NCBI RefSeq assembly: GCF_001194135.2 | Contig: NC_068984.1 | Location: 110,257,201 to 110,321,200 of the forward strand | DNA: 64,000 bases | Reading direction: 5' to 3' | From: Octopus bimaculoides | Taxonomy: Eukaryota | Part shown: one piece after another, positions 11,934-23,705 of the stretch | Numbering within the stretch: position 1 is the stretch's first letter | How the letters are laid out: every line of letters starts with the position of its first letter | Notes under the pieces: generated by a model | What the model saw: only the letters and a program-made list of their open reading frames with translations | Told to the model about the DNA's origin: nothing | The model's database searches: none | Position numbers and translations under genes: made by a program

Positions 11934-14816
11934 TGTGTAGTAAGCATGTTGAATTGTTAGCAAGCTGGACAAAGTGTTTCATAATATTTCGTTTTAGCCT
12001 TACTTCTGCATTTAAATTCCACTGAAGTTAACCTTGCCTTTCATTCTTTCAGTGTTGATAAAATAACAAACAAAACCTAAACACCATAGTACATATAGTA
12101 TTGTCGAGTAAGATGTGACATTAGATTACCAGCTCAAATGGATTGAGTTTGAATCTACTTCTGGAACGTTAATGTGTGTTTATTTCTACCAGAGGTCAGC
12201 AAAGTGGTTGCTATTATCTCCCAGAGGTCTATGTGGCTACCCCAGAAGTCAATAATCACCTGAAATGATTTTGAGCATTAAGAATGCTGAATTATTAGTA
12301 AAATGGATCTAAAAGAATACAGTAATTAATGTAAGGCTAAAACTCACTAATTTCCAGTCAAATATCAATGTTATAACTGGTATTTACCAAACACATACTT
12401 AATATTAACATTAAATATTCTGTGAAAATCAATATAAATCAATATTTTATTGTTCCTTATCAATTTCTTTAAGTATTTTCATTAAATTTCTTCAAGTATT
12501 TCTCATTATGAAGTGGCAATGACACAAAGGAAAGAAGGATTTATTATTTTTAAATAAAGAAATTTTATATTAATTATACCTTTCAGTTTTTATTTAAAAC
12601 AATTTCATGATGGTGGTTGGAAAGCTATCAATGACATAAGAAATTTGCTGAATTCTGATTTAGCAGTTTATTAAATTTACTGTTGGGAATAGGTACCCTA
12701 TGATATGCAAATATTATTGGCAGTAACATGGAATACAGTCCTTGGAGAGATTTATCTCTTGTTTGCTTGAATCATGAAAGTAAAGCCAGGCACCATCAGA
12801 TAGAAATTCCTTGCGGCTACTTATGTCATTAATATTATATTACATTTAATCCAAAGTTCCAATTTATCTGTGAAATAACCCCGTTGTTGTGTGAATTAAC
12901 CCCTCTTGTTGCAATTAATATTGCTTTCCAGTAGAAGATATGTATCAATATTAATTTCAACAAGATTATATTAATCATATTATATTAAACACTAGATTGG
13001 AAAGTGATAGAAATATAGAAACAATTGATTAAAATATCAAGCACTGTTTAGTTTGATCTTTCTGTGTTATAATCAAACTGAATCTTAAGTTATTTGTCAT
13101 CTTTATAGGCTTAAAACAGAAACACACACAAAAAGACCAAGTGAACGCAGATAGGAATATCTGATGAGGTGACTCTGGATATCAAATAATGATGTGTCCT
13201 ACTGCTAAAATGGCCAGCCTATGCAAGATTGAGAAAGTTGGCATTGACACCTTAGTGGGGAGTGAATTTGTCATTATGGTTTAATCTATGATGTGAAACC
13301 TAATATTAGTTGCTTATTGAAGTGAAAGGTAATTGTAATATTTAGATGTATTGATCTATATAGTGTACTTTGTTCCCACATGCTTTTAATGTTTCATCAG
13401 ACTATTTTTTAATCTGGTGCCAGATTTCTGCTTGGTGCAGGCATGGCTATGTGGTTAGGAAGTTTACTTTCCCAAGTTTTTTCTTACAAGTTCAGTTCCA
13501 CTTGGGCAAGTATCTTCTGCTATAGACCCAGGTTGTAAAAGGAAGCAAATTGTATCATTGTGAAGTTCACTTAACTAGTTCAGCCAATCACTGGGCTGTC
13601 CTATTCTCTTTCTTGTCCTTGATGTTGTCAGACCATGATTTTATCTGTCTCCTTCTCTTTCACCCTCCCTCAACAGTGCCATGAAGGGTGGCTTTGGAAA
13701 GAAGCCTATTTTATGTATGTATATATGTCTCACTATATATATAAACATATGGGTGTGTGTGTACATATGGGTGTGTGTTTCTTGTGCCTAGACTAGAAAA
13801 GAATATATAGCATGTTTGTCTTCTTTCATCTTCATTCCTCTGAGTTTGAATATCCTGGAGTTGACTTTACTTTTCATCCTAATAAAGTCGATAGAACAGA
13901 TACCATTCTATATTCCAAGCTTAGGCTTTCTAGCATCAACTTGAACTTTACTAAGAACTCGATAGAATAACTACCAATTATATATTATATGCATATCTTC
14001 TTGAGCCTTCTATTTTCCAGGTTTAAGCTCCCCAAAGTCTACTTTGTGCTTCCTCTCAGTAGAGTCAACAAAAGAAATACTAGTTATATACTGTGAAATG
14101 CTAGTTATATATATAACTAGTATTTCATTTATATAACAATTTATGCATTGACCAATCTGTCAGCAACAAAAATTGGTACGGTACCAAAGCAAAAAGAATC
14201 AATGTTTTGAAAGGGATAGGTGCTGACTGTATCTGAAATACTGTGTAGATACAAATAATATTCAACCAGTTTCTTGACTGCATAGCTAAGATGTACATTA
14301 TTCTAATTAAATCTAATTAAGTTTCCTTGTTGAATAGATAATTATTTACACTACATTAGCATCTTAAGAGATCAAGACGAAGCAAGACATTTATGATCAG
14401 GTTGTCTCTCAACAGACCTTAAGGCATAGGAAGTGGGTGATACACTGAATGATGAGCTAATTAACAATGTAAATTCATTTAAATTTGCTTCTTACTTGAA
14501 CAAAAATATAATGAGTTGTTGGTGACTCTTAAAAGCAGGGGAGATAATTTCAAGAAATTAATAATAATTAATTACACAGAAAATTCAGTTGTTATGGCTT
14601 AAGTGAAACATCTGGTCTTCCCCAGCAAGCAATGTGGCAGCTACAGACATGTTCAGATATTATTATAGATCAACAACAAAGCATAATATTTCCAGAACTG
14701 CTTTAATCAGTGAATAGGTTTTGTGAGTACAAAACCATAATAATAAATATAATTTACGCAATTACAAAAAATGGGAGCAAAAGAAGGTTTTCTACCCCAC
14801 ACTTTGTAAATATTTA

Positions 14817-15424
14817 CACAGGAGTTGGACAAAATAAAGGAAATACCTAGCATCATACCATCATAATTTTGAAATATCTATAAAACCATCAAAAGCTTGT
14901 TTATTTTTATGTTTTTTCATTTATTATTAGTGTTGCTTAATATGTTTTGCTAAAATTGCTGTTTCTTTTCAGATATCATCATAAAAAGATAATTAAAATT
15001 CATTAAAATAACAGATCTATCAAACCTTCAAAGAGGTCAAATTGCAGGTGCTAACATAATGAAAACAGCCAAAATGTTTGGTGTATCAAGAAGTACTGTC
15101 TCGAAAGTAATGACAGCTTTTGAGAAAGAGGGAAAAATCTTCCTTGTCGAAACAAAACTCTGGAAGAAAACCAAAACTTTCAGACTCTTATGCAAATTGT
15201 TAGAAAGGATTACAAAAGTACAGCTCCCAGAATTACTGCAGAGCTTAATGACCTCCTCGAGAACCCAGTTTCCACAAAAAGCTGCTCACTGGGAGCTGCA
15301 CAAAGCTGGATTTCACAGGAGGGCTGCAATTAGAAAACCACTACTTTCAAAAACAAGCATTGCAAAGCATTTAGAGTGGAGTAAAAACCTACAGAATTGG
15401 TCCCTAGAGAAGCAATGGTACGTT
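14817..15424 (+). mobile_element. Truncated Tc1-like transposon (left end plus transposase N-terminal half)
   Basis: Begins TA|cacaggagttggacaaaataa. Coding remnant DLSNLQRGQIAGANIMKTAKMFGVSRSTVSKVMTAFEKEGK (paired-like HTH) ...ELHKAGFHRRAAIRKPLLSKTSIAKHLEWSKNLQNWSLEKQW, ending just before the expected catalytic SDES motif. Confidence 0.85.
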
Positions 15425-15479
15425 TGTCAGTATTTGGGTGTCTTTGGTCATTTTTATTGTTAACTTTTAGGCCAAGAGA

Positions 15480-15809
15480 CTTTTTTAAATTTCTTACTAA
15501 GATTCATGACTGAAGCTTGCTTGGAATCTTCATGCTTCAGAGCAGTTCATAAGAGCACATCACTTGTTTTATTAAGATACGTTTCAAGGCCTATTATTGT
15601 TGATTTGAAGGATTGCTCAAGTTGTTTCAGGCCTCTTCCACCTATTTTTCTTCGGAGATAAATCCTGTCTACATGTGATTTTGGATGGTGCATTCGGTAC
15701 CTTGTAAGGATTTTACAGATCTTTCCATCCATATTCTGTATGTCAGTGAGACTTCACTAAATGATACTGAAGCAATATGTGGTTACTGGTATGGCCAAAG
15801 AATTGATTG

Positions 15810-15810
<1 letters not shown>
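15480..15810 (-). mobile_element. R4/Dong-like RT thumb-domain fragment
   Basis: ORF 15547-15732: DGKICKILTRYRMHHPKSHVDRIYLRRKIGGRGLKQLEQSFKSTIIGLETYL (HP...RLYL.R..GGRGL motif). Confidence 0.8.
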
Positions 15811-15840
<30 letters not shown>

Positions 15841-16333
15841 TACTTTTAATCTGCATGTTTATTACAGTCACTTGCCAAGACACACACAGTGTCCTGGGGC
15901 GAGTGAAGGGTAAAAGATGTTACAGTATGACTGAAAGTTTGGGGAGGGGAAAGTAGCTAAATATCTTCATATAATACAACATAGACATTTAAATGGATTG
16001 GACTTTTCTTAGGATGTCGGCAGACATGGTTCACCTGGGATCTTATCTAGATGTTTCTGACATTCCTTTTTTTTTTATCATACCTAGGGTGCCTACAATA
16101 ACAGAAACAGTCCTTACTTTTTACTTAGTTTGTCAAATTCCTTTACAGATATATTTTTATCAGTGGGAACACTTACATCTATTAATCTACAAATATTTTC
16201 TTCCCTGTCTTTAATAATTATGTCTGGTAAATTAGCCTGGATCGTTCTGTTAGTGTTGACTGGAAAATCCCAGAGGATAATGTCATTTTTACCTTCAACG
16301 ACTGGCTCAGGATGATGTTCATACCAGTAAACA
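15841..16333 (-). mobile_element. R4/Dong-like RLE domain plus 3' UTR, 5'-truncated
   Basis: Minus strand: YWYEHHPEPVVEG..IILWDFPVNTNRTIQANLPDIIIKDREENICRLIDVSVPTDKNISVKEFDKLSK. The 3' UTR at 15841-15990 ends in an (AAT)n tail. Confidence 0.8.
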
Positions 16334-16379
16334 TTATTATTATTATTATTATTATTATTATCATTATTATTATTATTTA

Positions 16380-16560
16380 CTTTTAATCTGCATGTTTGTT
16401 ACAATCACTTGCCAAGACACACCCAGGCGTCCTAGGGCAAATGAAGGATAACAGATGTTACAATGCGATTGAAAACTTGAGGAGGGAAAGTGACAGGGGC
16501 AGTAGTGAAATATCTTCATGTAATACAACGCAAAGATTTAAATTGATAGGGTTTTTCTAA
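16380..16560 (-). mobile_element. Second 3' UTR copy of the same R4/Dong family
   Basis: tacttttaatctgcatgttt.ttaca.tcacttgccaagacacac... is a diverged duplicate of 15841-15990 and ends in its own (AAT)n tail. Confidence 0.75.
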
Positions 16561-18904
16561 AATAAGTTCTAGTTGAACATTGAGGCCAACCTAATTTACT
16601 TCTCCTGCTCACCTCGAGCCAAAATTAATGCCAAATTTACTGATCTTCCCACTTAGAGCTATCAGGCCTATATTACCAGCAATTATTATGATGTTGCAGA
16701 TTTATATCAGTTTTTGAATTGAGTATGTGGTTACAAAAATAAGAGGAAAAGGCATTATTTAATGAAATCCACCATTTAACTAATTCTCATTTTATTGAAT
16801 TGCTGACTCCTGTGGAAATAGTAAATGTGTTGTTAGTGGGGTTTGAACTCATGATAGGAAGAAATACTACCAAATTCTATAAGAATGTTCTCTTAATTAA
16901 GCATAATACTAGGATCATCAATAAGTATCCGACATTAACACTGGGTTTGATTCAATCAACTGTACTCATTTTCTACAAATGTTGGTTCATTGCCAATAAA
17001 AGCAAGGATGGGAGGCTGCTGGAAGAGTCATGGTAAAAAGATTTACTAGATGGTAAAAAGCCTTGCAGCATATAATAACATATATAATTTAATGATCTGA
17101 TTTCAAATCCTGTTTAGGTCATATTTGCTTTCATCTTTTCATGGACAAGTGCAATTAAATTCAAGCAAATAGTGTGGTTAAATTAAAAACACTTCTCCTT
17201 CCCTCAAAATATAACGTATGATCTTCCAAACTTTACAAATCAGTGATACTGTGGCATTTCTGAAACTGGGGTCTTTGGATTTCGCTGTAAACATTCTTGC
17301 CATAGGAAAATTTGCTGTAAGAAATTTCATCTTAAATGACCTCATCACATTGTTTTAATGTTTGACATTGGATAAAGATTTGCTTATTTAATGTTTTTGC
17401 AAAAACGTTTTATCATTTTTTTTTTTTTTACTTTAAAAAGTGCTGATATACTATGTTTTATCAATGTCCATACACTGAATTGCCATATGGTGGATTTTCT
17501 TGCATGGGGAAATTTTTTATGGCTAATTTTCCAGACATGGCTGTGCATGTAGCAACACTGGTATCTGTCAATTACTTTCTTATTTTCATTTAACTCTTTT
17601 ATTAGGCATGAGAAACCTGCATGTAAAACTTTCACTCATGTACATATGGCATGATACATAGATTCTTTTGAAAATTAAGTGATTTAAAAACGAACAAAAG
17701 CAGATAAAAACTACTGATTCTTTTCACCTTTCCAAAGTTTCTATTTTCATTAAAATTGTAACAACTTTGAAAGTAGGGGTCCAAAAAGAAAACTTACATT
17801 TTGGTCAGTTTTTATGGGGTTTGAAGAAAGACCAAATTTTCGTCACTGATTAGGTACACTGACCAACAGCACTAGATTTCAAAAAAATCTTTTATTCTTT
17901 TACTTGTTTCAGTCAGTTGACTTCAGCCATGCTGGAGCACTACCTTGATACAAAACAAGATATTTATGAGTGTTAAATTCAGTGGTTCTATATACCATTT
18001 ACATTTGTCCTTTATACCTAGTGTCAAATGACCAAGTTTTGAAAGTGGCTTCATTCAAGAAAAATACAAGCACTTCTATCATCAGGTGTATTTGTATTAT
18101 ATTTCCTTTGCTTTGAGATCAATTTAGAACATAATTTACCATTAATTTCAATCTGGAAATTCTAGGATTTACCACTATGTTCTCTGGTCTTCTTGTACAA
18201 TGACCATAGCACACAAGGAAATGGTTGGGAAAATTTAGATACTGCATCATATTTTATTAAAATGGATGGTTCTTAATAGCAGATAAATTATAATTCTATT
18301 CTAGGAATGTAATGAATACACTGGATTTATATGTAACCCAGTTGTATATTTGAAGAATCACTGCAGCTAATTTGCATATTTGAAATTTGAATGTCTTAGC
18401 TAATCTGTATCTATAATTAGATGTTGAACTGATTGTTGTTCAATCAGATGCAGCACATCACAAATACCTTAGTAACTCATGTAACCTGTAGACATACTCA
18501 TAAATTCTCCAAACAGAGCAAAATCCTTAATTTTTGGAATCATATTTTTATCAAAATTATCAAATCATGAAATAAACTATCTTCATCAGTTGTTAGCTAT
18601 CAGAGCACTCCTTCCTTCAAAGATTCCACGCATCCTGAAATTCACCAACACTACTACTGAGGTGCATATGCACCTTTTCTTTATGGCTCCCTCATTATTC
18701 ATTTGGCTGTCTTAATGTGTAGAATGCATGCCCTTTTAGCTATTTATACTGTCTTTCTTAACTTGACTTACTACTGCTTTCTATTTCTTCTTTTTTTCCC
18801 AGATAAGTTGTAGTGCATTTGTACACTGAATTTTTAATAAGCTCCTCATATTATGTAACACATATCATTAATATACTACAAATGGGATTTGAGATATACA
18901 TATT

Positions 18905-19086
18905 GATTGCAAATTTTGGCAGAAGGCCAACAATTTTGGGGAGAAGATAAGTCGATTACATCAACCTCAGCGTTTAACTGGTACTTATTTTATCGACTCT
19001 GTGAGGAATGTGAACTCATATCGTAAAGACAGATGAAATGCCGCTAAGCATTTTGCCCGACATGCTAACGGTTCTACCTGCTCACC
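18905..19086 (-). mobile_element. SINE family C copy with internal deletion
   Basis: gtcgattacatcaacctcag...tggtacttattttatcgac...gaactc...gaaatgccgctaagcattttgcccgacatgctaacg. Confidence 0.7.
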
Positions 19087-19917
19087 ATTTTTTTCATTTA
19101 TACATGTCGATCAGTTAAGATTTTTTTACCATTCCTACATTTGTGGGTGTTGTTTTTACCAAAAATGCCTATAAAAGTGTCTGCTGTTGAAATAAACAAA
19201 AAAAATTAGACATTTGATTCATTTGTAAATTGAAAAATATGTGAAAATGGTAATATACCTGGTTTTTAGTCAAGTTATCTATACTTTTAAAAAAAATACT
19301 GTGTAGTGAGACTAAACCAGATATCGTGCTGTTGCAAAACAAACCTCTTAATCAGACAACAATACTGAACTGCGTAAGTGTTTCATTTAATTTTACAAAT
19401 ATTAAAGATTTTCAAAGCTTAAATGAAGTATTATATGTTGCTTGTGTTTTCTTTTGTGTTTTTATTGCTTACTCTCAGTAAACCATGATCAAATATACCC
19501 ACACTTAACACATGTTAGAAAAGTTTATATTTACAACAGTATCAGTGTCAAGCAGTGTTTAGGCAGAGTTAGTTAAGATATATTTGTGGCATACTTCAAC
19601 TTCTAAAGGCAAATTCACTGCAGTTATTGTAGAGAAAAATATTCTCTCTTATGGTAAAAAGGTGTAAAAATACCATATCTGCCCAGTACTGTCCAGTACT
19701 GTCCAGTGCTGTCCCCTGTCAGATACCCAGACACGTTTTTAGCTCTTTAGCCATTATCAATGGGAAATAAATAAGAGAGATAACTCTAGATAAACAGTAT
19801 TACAAAATGTCTAAAAACACATTAAGTTTGCTTATGCCTAAACTCTCCTTGGTGCTGTTACTGTCGTAATTATTTTTGACCTGGTGGTTTAATGGCCCAA
19901 CTCGGTAATGTGTGTGT

Positions 19918-19976
<59 letters not shown>

Positions 19977-20419
19977 ATGCATACTTGACTTTGTATTTGT
20001 CTCTTCACCATTAGACTGGTGTTGGTTTGTTTACTTCCCTGTAACCTAGCAGCTTACCATAAAAAAGACTGAGGCAATATGTACCAAATTTTTAATAAAA
20101 TGTATGTAATGAGGTAGATGTGTTTTACTAAACCCTTTAAAAAGACTTTAATTAAGTCTGTCCAGAGTTACCTCTCTTTGGTATTTCCAGTTGATAATGG
20201 GTAAAGAGCTAGAAACTCATCTGGGAATCTGACAGGGTGTAACACTGGACAGATATGTTGTTTTTACACCTTTTTACCAGAAGTGAGAATTTTGTCTTTG
20301 TGGTAACTGAAGTGAATTTGCTTTTAAAAGTTGAAATACGTTACAAACATATTTTAACTAATCTAAAGTTTGCATATATATTTAAATAAGGATTTAGGCA
20401 ATAAAATGTAGAAGTCAAG

Positions 20420-20673
20420 CATTCAACCTTCCAACCAATCAGCCAACAAAGCAACCAACCAACCAACCAGCAAACCAGCCAGCTAGTCAACCAGCCAGTT
20501 TACTACCTAACCAACAGAGAAACAGACCAACCAACCAATCACCTAACTGCTTATCCTGCAACAAGCCAATGAATCAACTAACCAGCAAACCAACCAGCCA
20601 ACCAGCCAAAAAACCAAGCTACAAGCCAACCAATCACCCAACCAAACAACTAACCAACAAGCCAACTAACCAA
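20420..20673. repeat. Degenerate (CCAA)n/(CCAG)n repeat
   Basis: Direct inspection. Confidence 0.85.
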
Positions 20674-20774
20674 NNNNNNNNNNNNNNNNNNNNNNNNNNN
20701 NNNNNNNNNNNNNNNNNNNNNNNNNNNNNNNNNNNNNNNNNNNNNNNNNNNNNNNNNNNNNNNNNNNNNNNNNA

Positions 20775-20945
20775 GGCTGGAGCACCGCCTTTTAGTCGAA
20801 CAAATCAATCCCAGGACTTAATCTTTGTAAGCCTAGTACTTATTCTATCGGTAATTTTTGCCGAACCACTAATGTTACCGGAATGTAAACGCACCAACAT
20901 CTGTTGTTAAACGATGATGGGGACACACACAGACACTCAAACCTA
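20775..20945 (-). mobile_element. SINE family A, 3' half
   Basis: gctggagcaccgcctttagtcgaacaaatcaatcccaggactta...agtacttattctatcggt...gccgaaccactaa is the reverse complement of the 3' half of 57352-57745. Confidence 0.8.
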
Positions 20946-21615
20946 TATATATATGTGTGTGTGTGTGTATGTGTATGCTTGTGTGTATGTGTGTGTGTAT
21001 GTGTGTGTGTATGTGTGTGTGTATGTGTGTGTGGCGATTGAAGGACGATATAATTAAGTATAACATAACTTGGTCCGTATTAAGGCACGTAAGACCACAC
21101 AATATCCTTTCCAGGAGATGCCGACTCGGCTCCGAGGAATCCCTGTCTTTTCTGTAGACCAGTGAGAAGATCATTATATGCCAAAACGCATATAAATGTA
21201 CTTTCGCACAATGCTGTGGGAATGAATTTGAGTAACTGTTAAATAATTTACTATAAGGTATGGATGAATTAAATTTAGCCTTAACCTCCCCATTCTTTTA
21301 AACACCAAGTAGCTATTTAACACACTTTGTGATCGTGTGTGCACCAAACCACAAGTGTATGTATGCTTCCGTTTTCGTGGATGCTTGTATGGGCGAGTGT
21401 ACACGCACCATGAAGCTTGCCCGAGGGCGTTGATACAGTCATATCTGTTAACGGTTAGTCTTAATACTTTTCTCGTTGTATTGCGTGTTCGTTTCTTTCT
21501 TGCATCGATGATATTATTTTTGATCTGTATAAATGTAGATATTTCCTTCGTTTTGCTGCTTTTCTTTCTATGAAATGAAAAGATACATTTCGGAACTGTT
21601 ATTTTAACGAGTTGT

Positions 21616-21735
21616 GTCTTTCACCCGATGAGACACATCTGCACCGCCGGATATTCCTGAACCAGTTTTTAAGTGTCCAGCCCGTGAGGGATCGATGCTA
21701 GATGGGTCGAAACAATTGTCGTGATTAATAAAGAT
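21616..21735 (+). ncRNA. Type I hammerhead-ribozyme-like motif with branched helix II (U4C variant core)
   Basis: Helix I TCAC(21621-24)/GTGA(21721-24), extended by GTCTT/AAGAT past a TTAATA bulge. Core CCGATGA (21625-31). Helix II GAC/GTC + CATCT/AGATG + GCA/TGC encloses hairpins GGATATT/AGTGTCC and CCC-GTGA-GGG. GAAA at 21709-12; helix III C-AATT-G; cleavage triplet GTC ending at 21720. Confidence 0.55.
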
Positions 21736-22220
21736 TCTCATATCTTCCATCTTCCGTCTTTCATTTACCATATATATATATATATANNNNNNNNNNNNNN
21801 NNNNNNNNNNNNNNNNNNNNNNNNNNNNNNNNNNNNNNNNNNNNNNNNNNNNNNNNNNNNNNNNNNNNNNNNNNNNNNNNNNNNNNNNNNNNNNNNNNNN
21901 NNNNNNNNNNNNNNNNNNNNNNNNNNNNNNNNNNNNNNNNNNNNNNNNNNNNNNNNNNNNNNNNNNNNNNNNNNNNNNNNNNNNNNNNNNNNNNNNNNNN
22001 NNNNNNNNNNNNNNNNNNNNNNNNNNNNNNNNNNNNNNNNNNNNNNNNNNNNNNNNNNNNNNNNNNNNNNNNNNNNNNNNNNNNNNNNNNNNNNNNNNNN
22101 NNNNNNNNNNNNNNNNNNNNNNNNNNNNNNNNNNNNNNNNNNNNNNNNNNNNNNNNNNNNNNNNNNNNNNNNNNNNNNNNNNNNTGTATGTATGTATGTA
22201 TGTATGTATGTATGTATGTG

Positions 22221-22255
<35 letters not shown>

Positions 22256-22962
22256 CACTCTGTGTATGTTTATTTACATATACATACACACACATATTTA
22301 CAGAGCGATGATAGACAAATACTCACATCACTCAGCATGCATATAATGAACTTCACAACTGATGGGACGTCATCACATCACTTTCCTAGTTTTTAATTTT
22401 ACATTTTTAACTAGAGGGTATTTCTTTTTCCTGTTTCCCCATTCGTCTCCTTTTTTTTTTTCAGTTTTTTTTTTCAAAACCATATTGCTACCAACATAAT
22501 GAGGTCAATGATGGTTTTTACATTTTAGGATTTTGATGTTGGTATTTCTTTTTTTTATATATATATATATATTCATTTTTTTGTTTGTTGATTTATTTTT
22601 AGAAGCTTGCTGTTTACCATCCTAAATTATTCAACAAAATAAATATCAAAAGTTGAGCCATATATTAACATAAGATAAACATAAACATAAACAGCATGAA
22701 GGAATAGTTAAGTTCACTTCACATCTTGTGGTTTTAAGTCCTTTTCTTTCTACGCGGCATTATGGACTTGTGTCTTTTACTATCGCCTCGAGTTAACTTA
22801 AATTTTGTTTGTGAAATCAGACTGAGTGAATCTGAGGAAGACCATAGCGGGAAATGTTCTTGAAGTACGATCTTCTCACACAGTGTCATTGTGAGAATAC
22901 CTGACGATGACATTAAGTGTTTAACTGACTGTAGAGTGTTCAAATACATACACTATATTGTT

Positions 22963-23192
22963 GTTGTTGGCACTCCGTCGCTTACAACGTCGAGGGTTCC
23001 AGTTGATCCGATCAACGGAACAGCCTGCTCGTGAAATTAACGTGCAAGTGGCTGAGCGCTTCACAGACACGTGTACCTTTCACGTAGTTCTCGGGGATAT
23101 TCAGCGTGACAGAGTGTGACAAGGCTGACCCTTTGAAATACAGGCACAACAGAAACAGGAAGAAAGAGTGAGAGAAAGTTGTGGTGGAAGAG
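22963..23192 (-). mobile_element. SINE family B, 3' part with (CAA)n tail
   Basis: ttgttgttgttggcactccgtcgcttacaacgtcgagggttccagttgatccgatcaacggaacagcctgctcg... is the reverse complement of 40690-40887. Confidence 0.85.
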
Positions 23193-23705
23193 TACAGCGG
23201 AGGACGTCATGCCGTCTCAGAGGTCTGCGACACTTTGCAAAATTGGCATCTTTCGAAATTTCCTGGTGCGCTACAGAACTATCACGCGGACAACATCCAT
23301 TGATTGGTCAAGATCAGACGTGCACACATGGCCAAACTATGATTGAATTGTGAACAGAAATTTTTATGAGGCAAAATGCGAGTTCCGATCCATGCTACAA
23401 CCTTGTCAAATCCGATACAAAAACCATCATTATTATAATTTACGGCCATATTATTATTAAACATCGAAGCTGTCAAATGGATAAAATTCTTAAGACATTG
23501 GGAAAAAGCCTTGCAATGAGAAGACCAAATTAGGTCGAAATGCTATATTTGGTGATCTATCAGCGTTCTGAGTGAAGTGTGCTTTCTGAGAAGATCCTCT
23601 GAAACAAAATGTTGCAGATAGTGCCGGTCCACATTTGTGTATACATTATAAACTGTATAGACACCGGTGTTTTAATGTAATCTAAGACTGTTTCAAAGGC
23701 CTCTG

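Noticed and set aside
16657-16722. SYQAYITSNYYDVADLYQFLN* exon-like block
   Set aside because: The in-frame stop precedes the putative donor, and there is no supporting homology.
19684-19715. (CCAGTACTGT)x3 tandem repeat; similarly (TGTAGAAGCC)x3 at ~58732-58762
   Set aside because: Short local slippage duplications with no spacers, so not CRISPR-like.
22831-22862. CTGAGGA...GAAA
   Set aside because: No closing base pair for helix II and no helix III or UH site.
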